Source: Minisyncoccota bacterium
GTDB lineage: Bacteria > Patescibacteriota > Minisyncoccia > Phycocordibacterales > UBA9973
NCBI GenBank assembly: GCA_041662205.1
Contig: JBAZSZ010000001.1
Span: forward strand, 17,973-81,972
Reading direction: 5' to 3'
Length of the DNA stretch: 64,000 bases
Positions 1-9,390 of the stretch are shown in pieces; positions within the stretch are counted from its first letter, which is position 1; each line of letters begins with the position of its first letter. Position numbers and translations under genes: made by a program. The notes beneath the pieces were generated by a model that worked only from the letters and a program-made list of their open reading frames with translations, did no database searches and was not told the DNA's origin.

Positions 1-1
1 T

Positions 2-592
2 ATACCAATTTTTTTAATAATAATTTCCGGATTATTCTTTTTTATTTTTACTAATCCTCTTTATACTAAAATATCTACCTTAAATGAGGATGCTGCATCC
101 TATAATGGAGCGCTTGATAATTCTAAAATATTTGAAAATGAGCGTGATAAATTGACATCCAAATACAATCAAATTGATCCTGAAAATTTAGCTAAAATAC
201 AAAAACTTTTACCTGATAATGTTAATAACATTCGTTTGATTTTAGAAATAGGGCAAATAGCATCACCTTACGGAATGGTTTTGAAGGATATAAAATACAA
301 TGTGGTAGATACTGATGCTTCAGCCACTACAAAAGGAACAGCTGTCAGGGGTGGATCAACTGCTAAAACATCTAAAAATTATGGAGTTTTTGATTTAGAA
401 TTTTCCATATCAGGAACTTATGATAATTTTATTTCTTTTACTAAAGATTTAGAAAGCAATCTTCGAATTGTAGATATCTCATCTGTTGCTTTTTCGTCTA
501 ATGTTTCAAGCGCTGGTAGTAATTCGAAAACAAACCCTTCTGAAGTTTATAAATATGATTTTAAAATTAAAACCTATTATTTAAAAAACTAA
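2..592 (+). CDS. pilO: Type IV pilus assembly protein PilO-like (5' truncated by window edge)
   Basis: Frame is open from base 2 (IPIFLIIISGLFFFIFTNPLY, a TM segment), then coiled coil and the PilO-like motif FSISGTYDNFISFTKDLESNLRIVDI; lies upstream of pilB. Confidence 0.75.
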   Translation: MPIFLIIISGLFFFIFTNPLYTKISTLNEDAASYNGALDNSKIFENERDKLTSKYNQIDPENLAKIQKLLPDNVNNIRLILEIGQIASPYGMVLKDIKYNVVDTDASATTKGTAVRGGSTAKTSKNYGVFDLEFSISGTYDNFISFTKDLESNLRIVDISSVAFSSNVSSAGSNSKTNPSEVYKYDFKIKTYYLKN

Positions 593-613
593 TTTTAAAA
601 AAGATTTAAAAAA

Positions 614-1030
614 ATGCCAAAAATTAAAAACATTATAATATTTATAGCAATAGCATTAGTGTTCTTTTTAATTTATATTTTTTTTATAAAACCATCTCCC
701 AAGCAGGCTAGTCTAGTTTCGGCAGGAGCAAAGACTACTTTACCTAATATGGATGGTTCTACTTCCAATCCAAGTACTACAAATACAAATTCTTCGATTT
801 CTAAAGATTTTCTCTTAATATTTTCTAATATTAAAGATATAAAGTTAAATGATGCTATTTTTTCTGATCCAGCATTTATTAGTTTACATGATTCTAGTAT
901 TATCCTTACCCCAGATGGTACTGAAGGCAGGCCAAACCCTTTTGCTCAATTTGGAAATGATGCTACTCTACCTCCACCCGTAAAAAGTTCCAACTCTACC
1001 TCTACTATTTCTGAGCCGATTACCCCCTAA
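614..1030 (+). CDS. Membrane-anchored hypothetical protein of the pilus operon (PilP-position protein)
   Basis: N-terminal TM; C-terminal GRPNPF resembles the RDPF motif of PilP-like proteins; between pilO and pilB. Confidence 0.55.
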   Translation: MPKIKNIIIFIAIALVFFLIYIFFIKPSPKQASLVSAGAKTTLPNMDGSTSNPSTTNTNSSISKDFLLIFSNIKDIKLNDAIFSDPAFISLHDSSIILTPDGTEGRPNPFAQFGNDATLPPPVKSSNSTSTISEPITP

Positions 1031-1035
1031 ATATT

Positions 1036-2778
1036 ATGAGTTTTTTAGAAGAATTAGCTAAAAAAGGTTTAATAAATGAAAGCCAAATAGGCGAAATTAG
1101 TAGTCGTGCAAAAAAAGAACACGATGGAAATATAGAGGAAACTCTTATTGAATTAGGTATTCCAGAGGAAAAAATTCTTGAAATAAAAGGAGGATATTTA
1201 GGTATTCCAATAAGAAGTATTAATTCTAAAGAGATATCTTTTGAGGCGTTGAAATATATTTCAGAAGATTCAGCTGCCCATTATCATTTTGTACCCATAG
1301 CATTAAAAGACGGAGTCCTAGAAGTAGGAGTACTCGACCCAGAAAACATCCAGGCGATAGACGCTTTACAATTTATCTCTACCAAGATAGGTATTCCTTT
1401 TAAAATTTTCTTAATTTCTAAAAGTAGTTATGAAAATATTATGCAATCCTATAAAGGATTAGGGAGTCAGGTAGATGAAGCTTTGAAAGAGTTAGGCAAA
1501 GAAGAAATAATTAATATAAAAAGTTTAAGTGAAGAAAATCTCAGTAAAGAAATTAATAATATAAAAAAAGGTGAAGAAGTAAAAATGGTAGAGGATGCAC
1601 CAGTCATAAAAATCGTAGCTGTTATTTTGCGTAATGCTGTGGAGGGAAATGCTTCTGATATCCATATTGAATTCACGGGTGAAAAAGTCAAAGTACGTTT
1701 TCGGGTAGATGGGATATTGCATACTTCAATAACATTACCACCAAATGTCTATGGTGGTATTGTTGCCCGCATAAAAATTCTTTCTAAATTAAGATTAGAT
1801 GAGAAGCGCAAACCTCAAGATGGATCTTTTAGCGCAAATATTGATGAACGCAAAATTGATTTTCGTGTTTCTACTATGCCAGCATATTATGGAGAAAAGG
1901 TTGTTATGCGTATTTTGGATTCTGAGAGAGGAGTGAAGTCTCTAGACCAAATAGGATTATCGGAAACAAATTTAAATATAATCAGAGAAGCAATTAAAAG
2001 GCCTTATGGACTTATTTTGATTACTGGTCCGACTGGGTCTGGAAAATCCACCACTTTATATTCAATGATGAACGAACTTAATAAAGAAGAAAGCAATATT
2101 GTCTCTTTAGAAGATCCAGTAGAATACCATATGTTGGACATAAATCAGTCGCAAGTAATGCCGGAAATTGGCTATACTTTTGCAAATGGGCTTCGCTCAA
2201 TTCTTCGTCAAGACCCAGATATAATTATGGTTGGAGAAATTCGAGATAAAGAAACTGCTCAACTTGCAATTCAAGCTGCTCTGACTGGACATCTAGTTCT
2301 TTCCACTCTTCATACCAACAATGCAATTGGTGCAATTCCTCGTCTGGTAGACATGGGTGTTGACCCATATTTAATTGCGCCGACCTTAATTGTCTCTATT
2401 GCTCAACGTTTAGCTAGGATGACTTATCCAGCCTCACGCAAAGAAATGCCGTTGAGTGAAAGTGTAAAAAAACAAATAGATGAGCAGTTGAAAGATTTAC
2501 CGGACGAGTTTAAACCGAAAATAGGGGATAAGATGTATGATACTGTGCCATCTCCTGAGTGCCCTTCGGGAACAAAAGGACGTATCGCTGTTTTTGAAAT
2601 GTTCAAAATTGATAAGGATATGCAGGCTGTAATACTTAAAAATCCCACAGATGTCGAAATTTACAAATTAGCTCGAAGTAAAGGAATGTTGACGATGAAA
2701 GAAGATGCAATATTGAAATCTTTACAAGGAATAATACCATATACTGAAGTCTATAATTTTAGCAATGAGAATGAATAA
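1036..2778 (+). CDS. pilB: Type IV pilus extension ATPase PilB/GspE
   Basis: ASDIHIE, Walker A GPTGSGKST, LRQDPDIIMVGEIRD, GHLVLSTLHTN. Confidence 0.93.
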   Translation: MSFLEELAKKGLINESQIGEISSRAKKEHDGNIEETLIELGIPEEKILEIKGGYLGIPIRSINSKEISFEALKYISEDSAAHYHFVPIALKDGVLEVGVLDPENIQAIDALQFISTKIGIPFKIFLISKSSYENIMQSYKGLGSQVDEALKELGKEEIINIKSLSEENLSKEINNIKKGEEVKMVEDAPVIKIVAVILRNAVEGNASDIHIEFTGEKVKVRFRVDGILHTSITLPPNVYGGIVARIKILSKLRLDEKRKPQDGSFSANIDERKIDFRVSTMPAYYGEKVVMRILDSERGVKSLDQIGLSETNLNIIREAIKRPYGLILITGPTGSGKSTTLYSMMNELNKEESNIVSLEDPVEYHMLDINQSQVMPEIGYTFANGLRSILRQDPDIIMVGEIRDKETAQLAIQAALTGHLVLSTLHTNNAIGAIPRLVDMGVDPYLIAPTLIVSIAQRLARMTYPASRKEMPLSESVKKQIDEQLKDLPDEFKPKIGDKMYDTVPSPECPSGTKGRIAVFEMFKIDKDMQAVILKNPTDVEIYKLARSKGMLTMKEDAILKSLQGIIPYTEVYNFSNENE

Positions 2779-2832
2779 GCTTTTTCGGTCGAATGAGCCG
2801 TTCAAGCCCTGAGGCCTTCAGGCCCGAATGAG
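2779..2832. repeat. GC-rich intergenic palindromic element
   Basis: Hairpins gaatg/cgttc and cctga-ggcct-tcagg; cgaatgag occurs twice. Confidence 0.45.
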
Positions 2833-2886
2833 TTGTCCACAGTGTATTTTTTTATAGGTAATTTTGTAGTATAATGAGTTAATATT

Positions 2887-3282
2887 ATGGAAAATGAAAA
2901 AATAAAAATTTTAATAGTTGATGATGATAGTTTTCTTTTGGATATGTATGCGCTTAAATTTAGCCAGAATAATTTTGAAGTCTATACGGCAGGAGATGGT
3001 GTTCATGCATTAGAAAAACTTAAAGAAGGATTGTCTCCTGATATTCTCTTGATTGATATAATCATGCCAGAGATGGATGGTTTTGAAACCTTAACACAAA
3101 TAAAATCTCAAGGTTTATGTCCAAATTGTGTAAAAATAATTTTATCTAATAAAAGTGAACAGCGAGATATGGATGAAGGCAATAAGCTAGGAGTAGCAGG
3201 TTATATTGTGAAAGCCAATTTTACTCCAGCAGAAGTTATTCAACAAGTGGCAAAAATTTTAGAACAAAAAAATCAAAAATAA
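2887..3282 (+). CDS. Stand-alone response regulator receiver domain (CheY/PilH-like)
   Basis: KILIVDDD, phosphoacceptor D in LIDIIMPEMDG, conserved K in YIVKANFTP. Confidence 0.9.
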   Translation: MENEKIKILIVDDDSFLLDMYALKFSQNNFEVYTAGDGVHALEKLKEGLSPDILLIDIIMPEMDGFETLTQIKSQGLCPNCVKIILSNKSEQRDMDEGNKLGVAGYIVKANFTPAEVIQQVAKILEQKNQK

Positions 3283-3283
3283 A

Positions 3284-4345
3284 ATGACAGATTATAAAAA
3301 AGCGCTAGAAGATCTTATTTTAAAGGTTATTCACGAGGGCGGTTCGGACTTGCATTTAGGTGTAGGGCGCGTGCCGGCTATCCGTGTATCCGGAGAACTT
3401 ATTTTTCTCACTAGAGATCCAATTCTTACAAAAGAAGACATTTTTGGAATTTTAAGTGAAATTTTAGAAAAATCTAAAATAGATAATTTTAAAGAAAATT
3501 TTGAGGTTGATTTTTCTTATGATTTTCGCGGGGAAGCTAGATTGCGTGGAAATGCTTTTTTTCAAAAAGGGTTGGTCAATATGGTTTTTCGTTTGGTGCC
3601 AAAAGTCCAAACCATAGAGCAATTACGTTTGCCTCCTATTTTGGCTGATTTAGCTCGCAAAAAACAAGGATTTTTTTTAGTGGTAGGTCCAGTCGGACAA
3701 GGTAAATCAACCACTTTATCAGCAATGATAAACGTAATAAATAATGAGCAAGCACGTCACATAATAACTATTGAGGATCCGATTGAGCATGTATTTATTC
3801 CCAATAAATCTATAATCAATCAACGAGAAGTAGGGATTGATACTAAAGATTTTCATTCTGCGCTTAAAGAAGTTTTTCGTGAAGATGTAAATGTAATCAT
3901 GGTAGGCGAAATGCGTACACCAGAAACTATTTCTACGGCTGTGACTGCGGCTGAAACAGGACATCTTGTATTTTCAACACTTCATACAAATAATGCCTCC
4001 CAGACCATAGATAGAATTATTGATTCTTTTCCAGGAGATCAGCAAGATCAAATTCGCGCCCAGCTTTCAACCTCTTTGCTTGGTATTTTTTCTCAAAGAC
4101 TTATCCCTAGAATTACAGGTGGACTTGTTCCGGCTTACGAGCTTCTTTTAAACAATAATGCAGTTTCTAATTTAATCCGTGAAAAACGCACCCACGAAAT
4201 AGACGTGGTTATAGAAACAGGCATGGAGTCAGGAATGGTAGATTTAAATCATTCACTGCTTGAGCTTTTGCGTGCCGGAGAAATATCTATTGAGAACGCT
4301 TATCAGAATTCATTTAATCCAAAAGGTTTGGAACGGTTAATCTAA
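3284..4345 (+). CDS. pilT: Type IV pilus retraction ATPase PilT
   Basis: SDLHL, GPVGQGKSTT, TIEDPIE, GEMR, AAETGHLVFSTLHTN, AVSNLIRE. Confidence 0.93.
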   Translation: MTDYKKALEDLILKVIHEGGSDLHLGVGRVPAIRVSGELIFLTRDPILTKEDIFGILSEILEKSKIDNFKENFEVDFSYDFRGEARLRGNAFFQKGLVNMVFRLVPKVQTIEQLRLPPILADLARKKQGFFLVVGPVGQGKSTTLSAMINVINNEQARHIITIEDPIEHVFIPNKSIINQREVGIDTKDFHSALKEVFREDVNVIMVGEMRTPETISTAVTAAETGHLVFSTLHTNNASQTIDRIIDSFPGDQQDQIRAQLSTSLLGIFSQRLIPRITGGLVPAYELLLNNNAVSNLIREKRTHEIDVVIETGMESGMVDLNHSLLELLRAGEISIENAYQNSFNPKGLERLI

Positions 4346-4351
4346 TAAGAT

Positions 4352-4393
4352 CCTACACCAGGAGAAGGGGATTTCCCCTTCTCCTGGTGTAGG
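4352..4393. repeat. Perfect 20-bp inverted repeat between pilT and pilC
   Basis: cctacaccaggagaagggga-tt-tccccttctcctggtgtagg; no U-tract on the + strand. Confidence 0.85.
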
Positions 4394-4404
4394 GAATAAA
4401 ATAT

Positions 4405-5613
4405 ATGCTATTCAAATATAAAGCTATAGATGACAAAGGTGTAAACAAAGAAGGAGAAATTGATGCACCTAGTCGTGACATGGCAATTAGTGGACTTCAA
4501 CACCGAGGACTCATTGTTATTTCTATTTATGGAGAAAAAGAAAAAAAATCTATTTTTCAAATTTCTTTCTTTGAAAGAGTAAAGACGAAAGATGTTGTAG
4601 TTCTTTCTCGTCAAATTGCAACTTTGTTTGAAGCGCAAATTTCTGCTTTGAAAGCTTTCACCATGCTTGCGAACAACACAGAGAACAAACTTCTTGGATC
4701 TAAACTTTCACAAATTGTCGATGATCTTCAAGCTGGAGTTTCTATTTCTGGAGCTCTTTCTCATCACCCAGATGTATTTTCTGAGTTTTATATAAACATG
4801 GTAAAAGTTGGTGAAGAGACAGGGAAGCTCAATCAAACCTTTTTACACTTAGCAGATTATTTAGATCGTCAGTACGCTCTCACTTCTAAAACTAAAAATG
4901 CGCTTATTTATCCGGCTTTTGTTGTCGTTACTTTTTTTATCGTGATGATTTTGATGTTTACTGTCGTTATTCCAAAGTTGGCCGTTATTATTCAAGATTC
5001 AGGTCAAGAAGTTCCATTTTTTACTCAGGTGGTGATTGCAATTTCAAATATATTTGTTCATTATGGTTTTTTTATTTTTATTTTTTTAATATCTTTTGGA
5101 ATTTGGATTTGGTATTTATCGACTACCACAAAAGGAAAAATTTCTCTTGATGCTTTAAAACTTTCTTTACCGGGTGTCGGTGTTTTGTATAAAAAACTTT
5201 ATCTTTCAAGAATAACTGACAATCTAGGCACCATGCTTGAGTCTGGTGTTCCTATAATTCGATCAGTAGACATTACTTCAGAAGTTGTAGGCTCTTTGGC
5301 ATATAAAAACATATTAGTAGATGTGGCTAATAGCCTAAGATCAGGCTTGGTTCTTTCAGAGGCATTTGGAAAATTTCCTGAACAAATTCCTAGAATGTTT
5401 GTCCAAATGATACAAGTTGGAGAAGAGACAGGTTCTATGGGATCTATTTTTAAAAATCTTACTAATTTTTATGAGCGGGAAGTGGGTTCTGCAATAGATA
5501 CGTTGGTTGGATTGATAGAGCCAGTGATGATCGTGGTTTTGGGTTTTGGGGTGGGAATACTTTTGGTTTCTGTATTGATGCCAATTTATAATATGGCTGG
5601 GAGCATTAGTTAA
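4405..5613 (+). CDS. pilC: Type IV pilus platform protein PilC/GspF
   Basis: Two T2SSF domains (VGEETGKL, VGEETGSM), LIYPAFV, LIEPVMI. Confidence 0.93.
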   Translation: MLFKYKAIDDKGVNKEGEIDAPSRDMAISGLQHRGLIVISIYGEKEKKSIFQISFFERVKTKDVVVLSRQIATLFEAQISALKAFTMLANNTENKLLGSKLSQIVDDLQAGVSISGALSHHPDVFSEFYINMVKVGEETGKLNQTFLHLADYLDRQYALTSKTKNALIYPAFVVVTFFIVMILMFTVVIPKLAVIIQDSGQEVPFFTQVVIAISNIFVHYGFFIFIFLISFGIWIWYLSTTTKGKISLDALKLSLPGVGVLYKKLYLSRITDNLGTMLESGVPIIRSVDITSEVVGSLAYKNILVDVANSLRSGLVLSEAFGKFPEQIPRMFVQMIQVGEETGSMGSIFKNLTNFYEREVGSAIDTLVGLIEPVMIVVLGFGVGILLVSVLMPIYNMAGSIS

Positions 5614-5635
5614 AAGGCCTGCCCATGCAGACAGG

Positions 5636-5681
5636 TGTGGATAACCATCTTGCCTAGACATTTTTATCTGTATGATATAAT
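5636..5681 (+). promoter_or_regulatory. Pilin promoter: DnaA-box-like 9-mer plus extended -10
   Basis: TGTGGATAA (5636-5644, reverse complement of TTATCCACA) and TGaTATAAT (5673-5681). Confidence 0.55.
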
Positions 5682-5741
5682 AAGTGTATTAAAAATTAGT
5701 CGAAAAATTATAAGTTGTTTATTAATAATTAGAATTTAAAT

Positions 5742-6218
5742 ATGAAGAATTTCAAAAAAGGTTTTACATTGATTGAACTTTTGGTGGTCGTTGCTATTAT
5801 CGGTATTTTGGCGTCAGTTGTTTTGGCATCACTTAACACCGCACGTTCAAAAGGATCTGATGCAGCTATCAAGGCAAACTTGACTAATACTCGTGCTCAA
5901 GCAGCTATCTTTTATGATACGAATAATACATATTTAGCAGTTTGTACCACAGCAACTACTGGAATTGGTTCTGGTGTATCAGCAGCCTCAACTGCGGCTG
6001 GAACTGGTGCTGTTGTTAATGTTTTAGCTACTGCACAAATAGCTACAACCACTAACTGTCATGATACAGCAGCTGGTTATGCTGCTGCGACTCCATTAAA
6101 AAACAACAATAGTACTGCTCCTTTTACTGCTGCTGTTGATTACTTCTGTGTGGATTCAGCTGGTGCAGCGATAACAACAGAAACTCCGCTTGCAGCTAGT
6201 GCCGTTACTTGTTCATAG
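5742..6218 (+). CDS. Type IV pilin (likely the major pilin)
   Basis: Class III signal KKG|FTLIELLVVVAIIGILA; C-terminal Cys residues; own promoter and terminator. Confidence 0.92.
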   Translation: MKNFKKGFTLIELLVVVAIIGILASVVLASLNTARSKGSDAAIKANLTNTRAQAAIFYDTNNTYLAVCTTATTGIGSGVSAASTAAGTGAVVNVLATAQIATTTNCHDTAAGYAAATPLKNNNSTAPFTAAVDYFCVDSAGAAITTETPLAASAVTCS

Positions 6219-6239
6219 TTTTGACTTAGTATAATTTTA

Positions 6240-6280
6240 CAAAAACCACTCCGACCTAGATCGGAGTGGTTTTTGTTTTT
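6240..6280 (+). terminator. Intrinsic terminator after the first pilin
   Basis: aaaaaccactccga-cctaga-tcggagtggttttt followed by gttttt. Confidence 0.8.
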
Positions 6281-6333
6281 ATATATATGATATAATATAG
6301 ATAGGTTTTTTATTAAAATTAATTATATTAAAA

Positions 6334-6816
6334 ATGAACCCAAAAAAAGGTTTTACATTGATTGAACTTTTGGTGGTCGTTGCTATTGTCGGTATTTTAG
6401 CTGCGGTTGTTATGGTAGCGTTGACCAGTGCTAGAAATAAAGGTGGAGATGCAGGAGTGAAGTCAAATTTAAGAAATGCCATAACGCAAGGAGAAATTTT
6501 TTATAACATTAATACAGTTGTTCCTAGTAGTTATACAAATGTTTGTACCAATGGTCCTATTGGTAGTCCTGCAGTTAATGGTATTGGTGCACAAGTTTTA
6601 GCTGCGGCCAAAGCCAATGGTTATGCCAGTTACGCTACTAATGCAATTGGTACTACGACCACTGCAACTTGTAATAATAGCGCAAATGGTTGGGCAGCGG
6701 AAGTTCCGTTGAAATCTGCGGGCACAAATCAAATGTGGTGTGTAGACTGGACAGGGAAATCTTTGCAGACGAATGGCAGTACGCTTTCAACCAGTGCAGA
6801 TGTGGCTTGTAATTAA
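6334..6816 (+). CDS. Type IV pilin (second paralog)
   Basis: KKG|FTLIELLVVVAIVGILA; WCVDWTG C-terminal motif similar to the first pilin (FCVDSAG). Confidence 0.92.
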   Translation: MNPKKGFTLIELLVVVAIVGILAAVVMVALTSARNKGGDAGVKSNLRNAITQGEIFYNINTVVPSSYTNVCTNGPIGSPAVNGIGAQVLAAAKANGYASYATNAIGTTTTATCNNSANGWAAEVPLKSAGTNQMWCVDWTGKSLQTNGSTLSTSADVACN

Positions 6817-6831
6817 TATTTATAAACAAAC

Positions 6832-7629
6832 ATGATTCCAATTCTTACAATTACTTTCTTTATACTTGGTATGATTGTCGGAAGCTTTTTAAATGTGGTT
6901 ATTCTTCGATTTAATACTCAAAAATCCTTTGGTGGCAGAAGTGGATGTATGCATTGTCAGAAAAAACTCTCTTGGTATGAGCTTATTCCTATTTTCAGTT
7001 TTTTAGCACTTTCGGGAAGATGTCGAAATTGTAAAACAAAAATATCTTTTCAATATCCTACTGTGGAGCTTATCACAGGTTTAGTTTTTGCTCTTTTGTT
7101 TTTAAAATTCCAAGATTTATTTTTTTCTTATATTTTTATTTTTAGTATTACTTATGCATACTATGTTACTGTATTTTCTATTCTTATAATCATTGCTGTT
7201 TATGATTTTAAGCACAAAATAATTCCAGATGTTCTTTCTTTTGCTTTTGGTATTTTAGCTTTTACGGGTTTATTCTTTTTTAGCACCAATGATTTTTCTG
7301 CTTTTTCTTTTCATTTTCCCACTCTTTTAGAATTTTTAGCAGGCCCAATAATTTCTCTACCTTTTGCTTTTTTTTGGTTGGTATCCTCTGGGAGATGGAT
7401 GGGGCTAGGGGACGCAAAACTTGCAATTGGTTTAGGATGGTTACTTGGTTTACCGTTGGCTCTTACTGGCGTAGTATTTTCTTTTTGGATTGGGTCTGTG
7501 GTAGGTATTGCTCTCGTTATTTTTTCTAAAAAGCTTGGGATGAAAAGTGAAATTCCTTTTGCCCCGTTTTTGGTTTTGGGTTCATTATTAGTGTTTCTTT
7601 TTGGATTAAATCTTTTCCCACTTCTTTAA
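6832..7629 (+). CDS. pilD: Prepilin peptidase PilD (A24)
   Basis: GSFLNVV, CMHC and CRNC zinc motifs, catalytic YDF and MGLGDAKL, EIPFAPFL. Confidence 0.92.
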   Translation: MIPILTITFFILGMIVGSFLNVVILRFNTQKSFGGRSGCMHCQKKLSWYELIPIFSFLALSGRCRNCKTKISFQYPTVELITGLVFALLFLKFQDLFFSYIFIFSITYAYYVTVFSILIIIAVYDFKHKIIPDVLSFAFGILAFTGLFFFSTNDFSAFSFHFPTLLEFLAGPIISLPFAFFWLVSSGRWMGLGDAKLAIGLGWLLGLPLALTGVVFSFWIGSVVGIALVIFSKKLGMKSEIPFAPFLVLGSLLVFLFGLNLFPLL

Positions 7630-8259
7630 ATGAATAAACAAATTCAAAAAAATAAAGCCTGCTTGCCATGTTCCAAATATAGTTTTTATAAGCGAGGGAT
7701 GTCTTATGTGGAGCTTATAGTAGTTTTGAGCATTTTTGCCACCTTGTCTTCTGTTGTAATCTTTAATCATGGGGACTTTCAAGATAGGGTGGATATTAAA
7801 AATTTAGCTAGCGATATTGCTTTGAAAATTATTGAGGCGCAAAAATCATCCGTAAATGGAGTGATGCCACCTTTAGGACATACACCAGATGATCCAGATA
7901 ATTGGAAACCAGCTTATGGAGTTTATTTTGATATTACAAGTAATGATAAACAATTTGTTTACTTTACCGATTTAGATAAAGACAACACTTACTCTTTTGG
8001 TGGTGAGTTGCTGGATACTATAGATATTACTAAAAACAATTTTATATCAAATATAGATACCTGTTCAGTCGATCCTTGTGCTTTAGGTAGTGAATCAACC
8101 AACCTTCTATCTATCACTTTTACCCGGCTAAATTCTGGTGCGTCTTTTGATGGTGCAACACTGACTGGTTCTGATTATATTCAAATTGCTATTTCTTCAC
8201 CCAAGGGAGCGACGGCTTTAGTAAAAGTATATCCTTCAGGAAGAGTGCGGGTGAATTAA
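7630..8259 (+). CDS. Minor pilin (FimT/GspH-like)
   Basis: KRG|MSYVELIVVLSIF; ends in VYPSGRV. Confidence 0.8.
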   Translation: MNKQIQKNKACLPCSKYSFYKRGMSYVELIVVLSIFATLSSVVIFNHGDFQDRVDIKNLASDIALKIIEAQKSSVNGVMPPLGHTPDDPDNWKPAYGVYFDITSNDKQFVYFTDLDKDNTYSFGGELLDTIDITKNNFISNIDTCSVDPCALGSESTNLLSITFTRLNSGASFDGATLTGSDYIQIAISSPKGATALVKVYPSGRVRVN

Positions 8260-8273
8260 ATTAATTAAAAATT

Positions 8274-8897
8274 ATGAATTACAAATTACAAATAAAAAAA
8301 TCAAAAGATGCGGGCCGAAGGGTCCTGAGCGAAGCGAAGGGATACACCATCATAGAAACAATGATCTCTGTTTCTCTTTTTGTAATCATTGTCACCATAG
8401 CCATGGGATCTTTATTAAATGCTAATTTGCTTCATAAAAAATCACAAAAGATGCGCTCGATTATAGATAATTTAAGTTTCATAATGGAAGATATGTCTAG
8501 AAATTTGAGAACGGGGTACAATTATCATTGTATAGATGGTGGTGATCCTAGTCTTATTAATACTGATGTTCGTAGTTGTTCTGACATTAACGGGGGAGGT
8601 GGAATTTCTTTTAAATCTTCTCTTGGTGATCAATGGGTTTATTTTATTGGAACTTACGGTGGTAAGGATGGAATTTTTAGATCATTTGATGGAGGAAATA
8701 CTTTTATTCAATTAAATTCTGATGAAATTGAAATTGATTCTATATCTTCTTTTAAGGTAGAAGGTGCTGAGCTACCACCAGGAGACAGTCAACAACCTTT
8801 TGTTACTATTAAATTAGTTGGAAGAATAATTTCTGATGGAGTTTCTTCAACTTTCTCTTTACAAACTTCTGTCTCTCAAAGACGAATAGATATATAA
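8274..8897 (+). CDS. Minor pilin (PilW/GspJ-like)
   Basis: KG|YTIIETMISVSLF; MEDMSRNLR. Confidence 0.8.
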   Translation: MNYKLQIKKSKDAGRRVLSEAKGYTIIETMISVSLFVIIVTIAMGSLLNANLLHKKSQKMRSIIDNLSFIMEDMSRNLRTGYNYHCIDGGDPSLINTDVRSCSDINGGGGISFKSSLGDQWVYFIGTYGGKDGIFRSFDGGNTFIQLNSDEIEIDSISSFKVEGAELPPGDSQQPFVTIKLVGRIISDGVSSTFSLQTSVSQRRIDI

Positions 8898-8924
8898 TAC
8901 CCAGTATGATTTTGCCTAAATCAA

Positions 8925-9380
8925 ATGAAAATATATTCATTACAAAAAAATAAAAGTCGTCAGATCCTGAGTTTATCGAAGGGTTTTACTTTAGTAGAGG
9001 CACTGGTTTCTATTTCTGTTCTAACTATGTCAGTCTTGGGTTTGATGTCAATTTTAGCTTCTAGTATTTCTGACACTGCTAATGTTAAAAATAAAATTAA
9101 AGCTGAATATTTTGCACAAGAAGGAATTGAATGTGCTAGAAATACACGTGATACTTATGTTTTGTATCCAGCAGCAGGTCGTTCTTGGGATAGTTTTATA
9201 GCACTCAATAGTAATAATATTATTTGTCCTAATACTGAGCTTAGTTTTACACGTACTATAACAAAAACACAAATAAGTACTGATGAAGTAAAAATTGAAT
9301 CTACTGTAACTTGGAATCAAGGTTCGGGACCAAGGAGCGTGATTTTTTCAGAAAATTTATTTAATTGGATAGAATTATGA
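8925..9380 (+). CDS. Minor pilin (PilV/GspI-like)
   Basis: KG|FTLVEALVSISVL; AQEGIECARN; IESTVTW. Confidence 0.8.
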   Translation: MKIYSLQKNKSRQILSLSKGFTLVEALVSISVLTMSVLGLMSILASSISDTANVKNKIKAEYFAQEGIECARNTRDTYVLYPAAGRSWDSFIALNSNNIICPNTELSFTRTITKTQISTDEVKIESTVTWNQGSGPRSVIFSENLFNWIEL

Positions 9381-9390
9381 TAAGAATACT

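Noticed and set aside
5742-6816. Possible diversity-generating retroelement acting on pilins
   Set aside because: No reverse transcriptase in the window, the repeat is at the conserved 5' end, and there is no adenine-specific mismatch pattern.
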